From: Flectonema sp. DT1601
Lineage: Eukaryota
DNA: 64,000 bases
Reading direction: 5' to 3'
Assembly: GCA_964019425.1 (NCBI GenBank)
Contig: OZ025784.1
Location: 186,001-250,000, forward strand
Numbering within the stretch: position 1 is the first letter of the stretch; every line of letters begins with the position of its first letter. A program made the translations under genes and the position numbers. Below, in pieces: positions 37,364 through 48,059 of the stretch. The notes under the pieces are model-generated. The model saw only the letters and a program-made list of their open reading frames with translations, did no database searches and was not told the DNA's origin.

Positions 37364-37609
37364 AGACAATTCTTCTCTTTTTCTACCGAAAGAAAAGAAA
37401 AGAAAAGACAAGTTTACATGCAGTCGTTAAACTGCAGAACACCGATGTTGACAAAAATGAAATGAGCAGTCACGGTAACGCTCCGAAATAAATGAAAAAA
37501 TATATAATAATAAAATAAAAATATAACGGAAATATCAAAAGCAAAGGCTATTCCCGTTTGACTTGCCATATTATAGAGGTGCAACACAATCAAAGCCAAC
37601 ATACAACAA

Positions 37610-37960
37610 TAAATGTACAAATGAATTATATCAAAAAACAACACAACCATAATTATAACATTCGTTTTATATACAGCTGACTAAAGGTAAATGTTAGTGT
37701 GGCTGCAAACACTCCGCAATTGACGTAAATACTTTACATTATAATAAATGTTTCTTAGCTGCATACACATCTCTTTTTCTGTTTTGTCATTCAGTGCAAA
37801 CACGGAATCGAGAGCCCTGAGAAACCAATACGGCAGAGTGTAGGTTTCACCTACAAATTACTTGCTTAAATCAACTTATTTTTAGCAAAAAAAAATTGCT
37901 AGTTCGCAGCACACTACTAGTGGAGCACTCACCTTAAATAAATTAAGGCAGCGTTGTCCA
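37610..37960 (+). repeat. Diverged fragment of the non-coding element at 53128-54736
   Basis: Clear similarity to ~53150-53549 (e.g. ttgacgtaaatactttacattataataaatg, ggcagagtgtaggtttcacctacaaattacttgct). Confidence 0.9.
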
Positions 37961-39154
37961 CACCAGTAGAGGTTCAGCAACAAATAAGAAATGGAAGGGA
38001 GGGAAGGGAAGAAGCAAAAAAAAACAAAAAAATATATATTCTTATAAGGTTCTCACGTTTAAATATTATTTCAGACGTGAAGAAAGAATCGAAGCGAATG
38101 ATCATCACATCACTTATTGTTTTTTTTTTTTTGTTTTTTTGTCCCCTCTCCGAAAAAATTATACGACGCAAGAAGATTAAATTTGGTTTAATCTCCAACA
38201 CCTACGAGGATATAAGTTGAGTCTGTCTATTTTATTTATTTTTTTCTGGTATTTATCCTTTCTTGATCTTTCTTTTTTTTCTTTCTTTCCTTTTTTTTTT
38301 TTTTTTTCTTCAACCTATATAAGTAAACAAAACAACGACGAGGGTGACACGCAAAAAAAAAATATAAAATTAAAAAAAAAAAAGTTCTTATAAAAATAAC
38401 GTAAAATCGCTAACTACCGAGAGAAGAGACCGAGAGAAAGAACGAAATAAAAAGTTGTCCTTTCTTTTTTTTTTTCCCTTCTGAAAAACCATTCAGATAA
38501 GCCTTATATTTTGTTGATCGCAGCTAGTTTTACTGGCGCACAGGGAAATAGATAACATGACATAATAAATAACGGCTCTTAATCTGAATAGTTTCTTCTC
38601 CGACTTCGTCGGTGCAAAAAAAAAAAAAAGAAAACGACCAATACAGAGATCCACTCTTTTCATATTTTAGCGTAAGATTTTAAGGTAAAGGTGGGAAGTA
38701 AGAAAAGAAAATGAGAGAGAGCCTTTTTTACAAAGCACTGCTACACTACTCCCCCCTCCCTAATTTCATGAAGGACAAAAAAAAAGATCAGAGGCAGTTT
38801 TTTTGTTTTTGTTTTTGTTTTTGTTTTTGTTTTTTTTTGAGGAAATTAATGCCCTGTTTTTAAAATCAAAAACTAAAAAAAAAAAAAAAGAAAAGAAAAG
38901 AATAGAAATGTTTTGCACACGGAAACCTCCCTGTACCTTTCTGGTTTAAGTCGGCACGAAATGCAGATAAGTTGCTTTTTTTTTGGGGGGAAAAAAATGA
39001 AATTTCCTTGGACAGAGATATCTCTTAGTAGAGAGTAGCCAAGAAGGTCAACATGATGTCTTTTTGTTTTTTTTTTTTGTTTTTTTTTTTTTGCGATACT
39101 CGAAAAGAATTAAAAGTACATCACCTGACTAGATGTGTGAGGCAATTGCACATC

Positions 39155-42100
39155 CTAAACGAAAAAATCAGTCCCAGCAGCACGTTCAGCGATTGACTTG
39201 TCCTGACCAGCTTTTGATAACCACTCAATAGGATACTTACAAAGGGTTCCCTTGATACCCGAAAGCAATGTTTTCGCATCAGTGTGAATAGGAGCTGCAG
39301 CCCTGGACTTCGCATGATCAACTGTTGTAATTACATTCGACGGGATTCCAGGAAACACTTTTTCATATATTGCGGCATTTCTGTCGCTTCTTTCTCTGAT
39401 TAGTTTCCAGACATTCGGATCAGTGAGATCCGGCGCTGAATTCGATTCACCCAAATGTTCATCACAAAGACTTTGTCTAAATCTTTTTATAATTCCAACA
39501 GAAGCTGATGTAGTACAACGTCTTCGGTCTTCCATTCGAACAGCGAGCTCACTGTCTCGATCACCTGCTAATGACCTGTCATTAATATTAGCACTCCCGA
39601 CGAGGATTTGATTATCATCTATTATAAGTAGCTTTGAATGGACGTAGATAGGTGACGTTACAGGAACACCAGCTAACACTCCATGTTGACGAAGACAGGT
39701 GATTAGTACGTAGTCGTCAAGACCAAGGCCACTTCGTTTATCTTTTAAAGAGAATCCCCTGTCGGCTATCGTTTTAACTCTTTTTAAAAACCTTCTAATC
39801 GTCTCATTCTGAAAATGAACGACTCGTTGAATAAAAGAATTTGTAGCTGGATTTCCCTCACCATGGGGTTGGATAACCAGCAAACACTTAAACGGTTCTT
39901 TCGTCTTAGCAGCAGCGATGATGCGATCTGCTAAGACAGAAGCAACAGCATTCATAACCGGTGGACCATATAGTGCAGATATAAAAAATTGATTTTCAAT
40001 ATAAATTGATTTCTTTGAATTTTGAATCATGTTGATTATTGCATCGTGAATTCCCCGTTCAACTCGACTGCATCCGCTCCACTCCGAAATACTCCGAACG
40101 ACATGACAGATTAGCGAAGTTGGATCTGTATTTTGATTATAATGTGATTTTATATATCGAACATCAGGACTGATTCTCAGACCTTTTTTCTTTTTTGAAA
40201 CTTGATGATGGTTAAATCTCTGAATGAAATTCAACGCAATGTCGTATGCCGGTCTTCCATTTATCTGAGAGTGGATATCATGCCAAGGCATTCTTGGATT
40301 TTTTAAACGATCAATCGTATCGCTGTAAGGTTGTTTTGATTGTGAATTAGTGTCATCAGCCTTCAGTAACGGATTTCTGTAGTCTAGACCCTTCCAAATT
40401 TCAGATTTTAAATCTGTTACAGGATGATTTTTAGTATCATAGCGACCCCATGCAAGATCAAGTCCCCCACAGAAAGCTTTATCACAATCGATGACTACAA
40501 ATTTTTGATGATGTGTAAACGCCAATGGACCCCTATGTCTAACCACTACTATGTTTGTAGGATGCTGTGACTCCAGATACTGTGCGCTATTCGCACTTGA
40601 TAGACTGATAGCTGCTTCAACTTCTGCGTATAATAGAACATAAATTTTAATTCCCTCAAACGCCTTAATTTGTAAAATATTATCCAATCGTGTGTTTTGA
40701 TCTACCGGATCCGTCCGAGTGAGGTATACTTGAGGTGACAAGAACCACCCAGATATAAATATTGATCGGTTTGCATTTCGGAGAGCATCAGCAAGAGCTG
40801 GGAAATACTCTTCTCCATCTTGATATAATTTTATTGATGAACCAAGTGATTTTCTGAATGGTTCAGCCTTAACGAAATCCATAGCTTCTCTTAGAACTTT
40901 ACAAAAACCAGAAAGATGCAATGGAGAGAATCGAACTCGACCACAACCAAGTGATGAAATTCCTATTCTTGCAACGTATGAAATAGTTCTCGATCTCGAT
41001 CGATTTGGTGTTGTTTTAGTTCTGTTATTCTCATCCCACTCAACAGTTAAAAGTTCAACAAACAACACACAACTTGAAATTTGAAAACCAGACGACTCAA
41101 TTTCATTAAATGTCGGCAACTGGAAATCATCCTGATCATTCTCACTCGCTGATGGATTAGTTGACCTCGATGACTGTCTATGTGTTTGAATCACTTCCGG
41201 ATCAATAATTAATACGCAACCCCATTCTTGTTTCATTGCAAACACATATCTTCCTGGTGAAGTTCCTAAATTATCAAGTACGTCACCATAGCAGATGTAT
41301 TCAATCCCAGCAGGTATCACTGATGGTAATGTTACAAGTGATTCATTCCCAACCATTGCTCCTAACGAAGGACATATGCTGGAATGCTTACTGAGTCTTC
41401 GTTGCGTACTAACAGTGCTTTGCCTGTCATCGATGTCGTTGTTGGTGTTGTTGGTGGTGTCGTTGTTGTTGTTGATGTCGTTGTTGTTGTTGTTGGTGGT
41501 GGTGTCGTTGTTGTTGTTGTTGGTGGTGGTGTCGTTGTTGTTGTTGTTGCTGGGTATCGATGATTCGTATCCCTCGACCATTGCTATTGTAGCTTGGGGG
41601 GTAACTTGATGGGGGGGGGTTTTTATCTTGTTTGGTGTTGGTGGTCTGACTTTTTTTCGTTTCTTTTTTTTTTCAGGTTTAATCACCTCTGGTACAGCAG
41701 TTGGTACACTCGCCTTGACGTCATTCATTGTGACAGGTGGTGGCATTTCTTCTTGAATTGGACTGCTAGGTTTTATTAATCGGGAAGCGTGACCCGCATG
41801 TCCTTCCGCATGCGACAACAACGACTCTGCATGCTGTGGTGTTATGTTGTATCGATGACATAAATTTCTAACTCTTTCAGCCCAATCTCCAGTTTGTGGA
41901 AAGTGAATTGGTTGATAACCGTTTCCAACAGACGGAACTTCACAAGAATACTCCCCTCTTCTCGGTGACACAGAGGAATCATTATAACATTTTTCATAAA
42001 GTTGAGATTTTCTCGGTGTCGTTGGAGGTGATTGATACGGTTTTCTTATATTATTGTTATTTTGAATTCTTATTTTCATTCCATCTCGAACCCTTCGATA

Positions 42101-42226
42101 AATCTCACTGTAAGGGATTGCCGCGTATTCGAAAGCATCGATCAGCCTGCATACTTCAGCTTCATCATCGAACAGTTTTAATAATTCCGTAACAGTTCTC
42201 TCTCTTGTCCATCCATTGCGATCCAT
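39155..42226 (-). CDS. PLD: Phospholipase D (PLD1/zeta-like)
   Basis: Two HKD motifs (HHQKFVVID, HSKLLIIDD), PRMPWHD, IYIENQFF, GSANINDRS; first ATG at 42226. Confidence 0.95.
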   Translation of the reverse strand: MDRNGWTRERTVTELLKLFDDEAEVCRLIDAFEYAAIPYSEIYRRVRDGMKIRIQNNNNIRKPYQSPPTTPRKSQLYEKCYNDSSVSPRRGEYSCEVPSVGNGYQPIHFPQTGDWAERVRNLCHRYNITPQHAESLLSHAEGHAGHASRLIKPSSPIQEEMPPPVTMNDVKASVPTAVPEVIKPEKKKKRKKVRPPTPNKIKTPPHQVTPQATIAMVEGYESSIPSNNNNNDTTTNNNNNDTTTNNNNNDINNNNDTTNNTNNDIDDRQSTVSTQRRLSKHSSICPSLGAMVGNESLVTLPSVIPAGIEYICYGDVLDNLGTSPGRYVFAMKQEWGCVLIIDPEVIQTHRQSSRSTNPSASENDQDDFQLPTFNEIESSGFQISSCVLFVELLTVEWDENNRTKTTPNRSRSRTISYVARIGISSLGCGRVRFSPLHLSGFCKVLREAMDFVKAEPFRKSLGSSIKLYQDGEEYFPALADALRNANRSIFISGWFLSPQVYLTRTDPVDQNTRLDNILQIKAFEGIKIYVLLYAEVEAAISLSSANSAQYLESQHPTNIVVVRHRGPLAFTHHQKFVVIDCDKAFCGGLDLAWGRYDTKNHPVTDLKSEIWKGLDYRNPLLKADDTNSQSKQPYSDTIDRLKNPRMPWHDIHSQINGRPAYDIALNFIQRFNHHQVSKKKKGLRISPDVRYIKSHYNQNTDPTSLICHVVRSISEWSGCSRVERGIHDAIINMIQNSKKSIYIENQFFISALYGPPVMNAVASVLADRIIAAAKTKEPFKCLLVIQPHGEGNPATNSFIQRVVHFQNETIRRFLKRVKTIADRGFSLKDKRSGLGLDDYVLITCLRQHGVLAGVPVTSPIYVHSKLLIIDDNQILVGSANINDRSLAGDRDSELAVRMEDRRRCTTSASVGIIKRFRQSLCDEHLGESNSAPDLTDPNVWKLIRERSDRNAAIYEKVFPGIPSNVITTVDHAKSRAAAPIHTDAKTLLSGIKGTLCKYPIEWLSKAGQDKSIAERAAGTDFFV

Positions 42227-42564
42227 CCCAGAAGCATATTTACTCACTTTAGTTATTTTTAACTTATTATTTTATTTTTTTTTTATATATAAAAAAAAGG
42301 ATACCTGTGTTTTAAGTAAAAAAAACAAAACGATAATAATAAACACGACCAACACCAGTCGAATACAAATCGAATCTAAGAATTCGTTTTTTATTTTTTT
42401 TTTTTTTTTTTTTTTCTGTCCTCCTCCTCCTCCCCAATCACACATCTTCAGTAGCACTCAATAGGATAAATAATAAAGAAGTGAAAAGAGGACAAAAGAG
42501 AGAGGATATATAGGGTTATCTAGCAATAATAATAAAGTTTCTAACACAACGAATGGTTTGATTA

Positions 42565-45500
42565 TTAACTTGACGACGACGATTCCATGGAATCATCTCC
42601 ACTAGTGTCAGCTTCAGATGAAGAGATTAGATTCTCAATATCACTGCGCTGTTTTATTTCATTAGTCGTCTTCGTTTTCGTATTCAGTTTTGGTTGAAGA
42701 ACACCAGTTCTACGAGTTTTTGATTGTTGGTAAAGTTGTTGTTCACAACTACTGTCGGAACTACTATCTGAAGACAGCGATGAGGTAGATGAGGTAGATG
42801 ATGAGGAGCTGTCCGTTGATGAACTGCTGGAACTCGAGTGAGTTTTACGTCGTTTTTTTGCTTTTGAAACTCCTTTGCGCTTTCCTTGCTTTGCAAAGCT
42901 GAGTTCGGTTTTGACGTCCGCGTTGATCGCAGACTCCAACTTGCCAACCATCCGATCCCACAACAGTTTTGTTATTTTATTCGTTTTCGTATTGCAAGAA
43001 CGACAAGCGTCGATTGATTTACAAAAGTTTTCAATTTCTTTATAAAAGTTTCTGTGTTGTAAATCAACCACTGGAACTCCCTGTTGAGTTCCCGATTTCC
43101 TTCCCCTTTCCATTTGCTGTTCAGTAAATCGTTGCATCGCGTTATACGAAACGTTGAATTTCATTTTTAAACATTTTTTCAACAACAAACTCAGATATAG
43201 CCCGCACAATAACAACCATTCATCCCTCGTTCGATCTTTGCTGTCGAAGAGTGTTTCTGATCGGAGGGAAACTTCAGAATCAATTACCTTCAAAAGATTG
43301 AGAACCTCTCTCAGTTTTATAAAAGGAAGATGAGCAATCACCTCAGCGATATACCGAAGACAATGAACTGAATTGAATACGTTGTATTCCAAAGAAGAGG
43401 AAATAGTTTTTATGTATATCGGAAATGTTAAATATCGAAGTAATTGGACGGTTATATTCATAACGTCTTGAGTATGAACATTTGCTTGCATTGTTTTAAA
43501 AACTGCAGAATAAGAACATTCATAATCAGTGATAGAATACCCGTGAATATCAGATGCAGGTTTTCCCGATGAATTCATTTCAAGTACGAATCCAACTCTC
43601 ACTCCAGATGATAATTTCGACATCACTTCTTTTGGAAATCTTTTTGCCAATCTCATCAAATGACCTTCTGTTGACTGACATTTATGTACTCCTCCTGTTA
43701 ATGCAACGAGAACCTCACTTAATATGATCGGCGAACACAATCCCTGTGATGCAGCAACAGAAATAAATTCAATTGCCAATTGCTTAACACCGTTTTCTGG
43801 TGCCGTAATACAAAGATTTATCGTAGGAGCGGTATACAGCTGTACTATCTCTGCTCCGAGACCAGTTATCATCTGAGATGCTTCTCTTTGATCGTTGTCA
43901 AATTTTGATGATGTTGTTTTGGTGTTTGATGTGGTCGCAGTTGCTGAACAAATTCGTACTTCTTCTCTCAAAAAATGACAAAATCCTTGGATTACTTGCA
44001 TGGCTGCAGTGCCACCATTATCAATAGTAGTTCGCAGCAATGTTTGACACCTCCTCAGATACGTAACTGGATCTTGAAGTATAGTTGACATCACTAGTCT
44101 GATTGCGAGGGAGTGAATCACGGACGATAATTTAGTAGATTTTTTTAGAATTTTTTGTGACAAAGAAAACATATCTGAGAGTGTGCAAGACCTCTTTTCC
44201 AAGGCAGCCTGTCTCAATCTCATCGGAAAAAATCTCACGATCTCACACATTGTAAAAAGAGAATGACTAACAGCCACATCTCTAGCTGTCATTTTTTTAT
44301 TCGAACTGCTGTCGCTGTCACTGTCGCTGTCGCTGTCGCTTTCTGAATCAGTACGGCATTCGCTCTCTATATTTAGTTCTAAGTAGTCAGTCACCAGATT
44401 GACTGAAGTCTGTAATATGGAAATAGTTTTGTCAACGACAATGTCTTTTTTTACTACAGCTTTACACAAAAAGCATAAAGCTGATAGTAGGGAAGACAAT
44501 TCTTGTTGAGAACTTGATCTCTGTTGCAGAATTACCAAAGGGTTTACGATATGTTCGAATAGCGTTCCCTGACCAACCGTTGATAAAAGTTGACCATCTT
44601 GACAGCAGACTGTTATTGCTGATGATATGTGATATGGAACATGGGGATGTGATCCTATTTCGGTTGCAGATCTGTCGAGAAGTTGACCCAACAAAACACA
44701 ATCAGAAAAACTCGACACAATATTCGGATTTGCTTTACAAAGTGAATGAATAACAATAGCTGATTTATTACTGTCTTCTGCTGGTGATGTTTGTGCAACT
44801 GAAAGAAGAGATCGCAAATCAGCTTCACTCGCACTACTTCTTAATACAGAAATCACTGTTTCTGAGATACCACAATCTGATGAATAGTTTCCTTTTATAT
44901 TTCGATCACGCATCCCAAGAACTAACAACGATGCCAACTCAGATAAGATACGATGATTGTCAGCGTCTGCTGTTTGTTTGTTGGATGGTTTTTCTCGTTT
45001 TTTTTCTCTAAATATCACGATGTCACTTTTACTGAGAGATTTCTTCTTCTTACCAGTCACAGAATCAAGGTTTGATACAGGAGTGAAGTTCCATATCTGA
45101 CTGAGAAGGTTGTGAATTTCTGAACGAAGACGATTTTCAGTTACGGTTTCGACAAGTTGAAGAAGTGGTGCTAACGACGTAAATATTTTTGAAAGAATGA
45201 AAACTCTCAACTTACTATCAGCCTCAAGCACTGCTCCTGTTAATAACGATAACACTTTCCTCACGACTGTCGCTGATTTTTCACTCGCCAGTAGCTGTAA
45301 GAGTTCATTAACTGCCACGTTATTGCTCGACGATGTCCCTGTTGACGTCTGACATGCAGATCTGATGACGGGAACCAAATCCAATCCCAATTCTCTAATC
45401 AACGGTGAGCTTTGATTGAGTGTTTTTCTCAATAACATACCAGCGTATGCTGTCAGTTGATTTGTGTGACTCTCACACTTTATCAAAGCAGAAACAACTC

Positions 45501-47466
45501 TCAACGCTGCTCTACGGGATGACACACTTGATGAAGTGTCTATGAGTATTCCAACTAGAATACCAACTAAAGTTGTTATTTTTTGTGTAAATATCGAACA
45601 AGGAAACGATGTTTGAAAAACCATACAAATCCTCCAAGACGTTGATTTTGATTGAGTTTCAGAGATAATTTCTGTGTCGTCACCCGGATTCGAACTTGAC
45701 ATAGAATACTTTATAACATCAATAGAAGATTGATCAAGTCGGAGGTGACTTGCCGATTGTAAGTACGATGAGAAACTATTCAAAACAGACTTATCAACAG
45801 CCGACGTGTTGACTGAGAGCAAAAGTCGTCCAAATCTCTCCAAAGCTGAGATGGCAATATTCTTTGTAACTGTCGACTGAAACGACTTGCAACCAGAACC
45901 AGAATCAACTACATATTTCACAATACACTTTAACAAAACAGAACACACAACAGAAGCAGCAGCATAGTTTGGATCCGCAGCAATGTCACACATATCGGAT
46001 ACTAATCTATTGAGAATCGCATCAACTCGGACTCGATCTTGACGTTCTTTTGTGAACGTTTCCGATAGTGAAAGTGATAACGCGCTTTGAATTATTTCAT
46101 TCAAGAGATCCGTCATTCTAATGAAGCCATCTCTGTTGATACAAACAGTTTTAGTTACTAACAGTAATGTGGCACTAAACGGTGATAGGTGAATCACCTT
46201 ACCAGAGATAATTGCTGTTGAGGGACCCCTTCCATCAATCGGAGCTGGACTCTTAACGACCCACTGAGATACATCTTCAGCTATATTGTTCCCCAACACC
46301 TTAGTGAACTTTTTCATTAAAATTTCAAGGGTGGCTAAGCAAGGTATGGCCTGTGATTTTCCACGAAAGATTTCTCTGAGTAGCACTGGAAGAAGTCGTT
46401 CAGCATGAGTCTCACACAACAAGTCACTACAAATAGATTGGATACCTTCAAATAATGTTCTGATTCCCTGAGAAGAAGACTCAAATGTACATCTCGCGAA
46501 ATTTATTGAAAAGTCAACAAGAGTATCAACACATTCTCCCAAAGACTTTAATTTACTCTTCGATAGTAAGAAAAACATTACCGTGGCTGGAGCTATTGTT
46601 GTTGTATTGATATCTAATGAGGAGGATCGCAAACCTTCTAACGTGTTGCATGTTTGCTGAAGAATCGTATTAAGCGAAGATATCACAACTGAAAGTTTAA
46701 ACGGTGAAAATTCATCGAAATTAGTCCAATTTGCTTGTTTCAAACTCGATATTAGTTTCGACCAACCCTTCGGATTTTTTTGAATTTCCGAAATCGACAA
46801 TTCTTCGAGGATTTCCTCAGCTTTAATTAAATTATCACCACTGACGATATCACTATCGCTGTCAGAGTGAATCTCAACGGATTTCGTCGGTGTTGTCGAC
46901 ATTTGATTAACTGTTTTTCTTCTTCTTCGTCGGTGATCCACAACTTTCTCAATGTCTGGTTCATCCAATTTATTATTATCATTCGAAGTTAAATTTGAAT
47001 GTTCTTCAGACACATTAAAGTCTGATCGTATTCCGTTGGTTATAAACAAATGAGGATTAGCAACTCTTTGATGAGTTGCTTTTATTAGAATCTGTTGTCC
47101 TAAAGTGATTGATGAATCGTTAGTATCATTGATGTGTTCCTCACATAATTGACTGACTTCAAGTTGATAGTATCTGAGGCTCTGACATCCATCAGTGAAT
47201 AGTGAGACGAGATGATTGACTGTTGATGGTGTTGGTGGATCAACAACGTCATTCTCACTGACAGAATCGTCGTCATCTTCACAAGGCTCACAAGGCATCC
47301 ATTCTATCAAATTATCCTTAGTAAATCCATCGTATAAGATTCCTTTTTCATCAAGTGGATCAAGCATCCAACCAACCGGAAGAGGAGGTACCGCCCATGG
47401 TGGTGGAATCTCTACATTTGACACAGATTGCGTAGCAGAAGGAGAAAACAATCGAAAAGTATTCAT
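42565..47466 (-). CDS. SCC2: Cohesin loader Scc2/NIPBL-like HEAT-repeat protein
   Basis: 1633 aa; SPLIRELGLDLV, SATVVRKVLSLL, QGLCSP and YIAEVIAHLPF correspond to NIPBL HEAT/Nipped-B_C blocks. Confidence 0.75.
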   Translation of the reverse strand: MNTFRLFSPSATQSVSNVEIPPPWAVPPLPVGWMLDPLDEKGILYDGFTKDNLIEWMPCEPCEDDDDSVSENDVVDPPTPSTVNHLVSLFTDGCQSLRYYQLEVSQLCEEHINDTNDSSITLGQQILIKATHQRVANPHLFITNGIRSDFNVSEEHSNLTSNDNNKLDEPDIEKVVDHRRRRRKTVNQMSTTPTKSVEIHSDSDSDIVSGDNLIKAEEILEELSISEIQKNPKGWSKLISSLKQANWTNFDEFSPFKLSVVISSLNTILQQTCNTLEGLRSSSLDINTTTIAPATVMFFLLSKSKLKSLGECVDTLVDFSINFARCTFESSSQGIRTLFEGIQSICSDLLCETHAERLLPVLLREIFRGKSQAIPCLATLEILMKKFTKVLGNNIAEDVSQWVVKSPAPIDGRGPSTAIISGKVIHLSPFSATLLLVTKTVCINRDGFIRMTDLLNEIIQSALSLSLSETFTKERQDRVRVDAILNRLVSDMCDIAADPNYAAASVVCSVLLKCIVKYVVDSGSGCKSFQSTVTKNIAISALERFGRLLLSVNTSAVDKSVLNSFSSYLQSASHLRLDQSSIDVIKYSMSSSNPGDDTEIISETQSKSTSWRICMVFQTSFPCSIFTQKITTLVGILVGILIDTSSSVSSRRAALRVVSALIKCESHTNQLTAYAGMLLRKTLNQSSPLIRELGLDLVPVIRSACQTSTGTSSSNNVAVNELLQLLASEKSATVVRKVLSLLTGAVLEADSKLRVFILSKIFTSLAPLLQLVETVTENRLRSEIHNLLSQIWNFTPVSNLDSVTGKKKKSLSKSDIVIFREKKREKPSNKQTADADNHRILSELASLLVLGMRDRNIKGNYSSDCGISETVISVLRSSASEADLRSLLSVAQTSPAEDSNKSAIVIHSLCKANPNIVSSFSDCVLLGQLLDRSATEIGSHPHVPYHISSAITVCCQDGQLLSTVGQGTLFEHIVNPLVILQQRSSSQQELSSLLSALCFLCKAVVKKDIVVDKTISILQTSVNLVTDYLELNIESECRTDSESDSDSDSDSDSSSNKKMTARDVAVSHSLFTMCEIVRFFPMRLRQAALEKRSCTLSDMFSLSQKILKKSTKLSSVIHSLAIRLVMSTILQDPVTYLRRCQTLLRTTIDNGGTAAMQVIQGFCHFLREEVRICSATATTSNTKTTSSKFDNDQREASQMITGLGAEIVQLYTAPTINLCITAPENGVKQLAIEFISVAASQGLCSPIILSEVLVALTGGVHKCQSTEGHLMRLAKRFPKEVMSKLSSGVRVGFVLEMNSSGKPASDIHGYSITDYECSYSAVFKTMQANVHTQDVMNITVQLLRYLTFPIYIKTISSSLEYNVFNSVHCLRYIAEVIAHLPFIKLREVLNLLKVIDSEVSLRSETLFDSKDRTRDEWLLLCGLYLSLLLKKCLKMKFNVSYNAMQRFTEQQMERGRKSGTQQGVPVVDLQHRNFYKEIENFCKSIDACRSCNTKTNKITKLLWDRMVGKLESAINADVKTELSFAKQGKRKGVSKAKKRRKTHSSSSSSSTDSSSSSTSSTSSLSSDSSSDSSCEQQLYQQSKTRRTGVLQPKLNTKTKTTNEIKQRSDIENLISSSEADTSGDDSMESSSSS

Positions 47467-47497
47467 TGCATGTTTTATTTAAATATTTTTTCTCCCT

Positions 47498-47632
<135 letters not shown>

Positions 47633-48059
47633 CTGTCTTTTTTTTTTTTCTAAGATAAGATAATAGTAATAATGTTTTAAAAAATCAAGTTCAATTTTTT
47701 TTTTTACAAAAAATCTTTTTTCTTTTTTCTTTTTTTTTTTCCTCAAATTGCTGTTATAACAACAAGAAGAGAAAGAATACATGGAAGCACAAAAGAAGTC
47801 AAGTCGGTTGACTCTCTGTACGAAACAAAAAAAAAAAAAAAGAATCATAAATACATATTGATTATTCAGTACACAGAGAAAAAGAAGAAAGAGAAAAAAA
47901 AACGCAACACACACACACGACGTAGTCTAACAGATATAAAGTTTATTTAAAAAAAAACAGATTTTAAAAAATCAATGTAAATATATATAAATAAACTAAA
48001 TTGAAAATACAACGAAAGGAAACAGTTAACCTGTCTTAGATAGACATTACTGATGTTAT

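Noticed and set aside
29486..38220. Numerous short poly-K/poly-F ORFs in intergenic DNA
   Set aside because: They arise from A/T homopolymer tracts and have no protein-like composition
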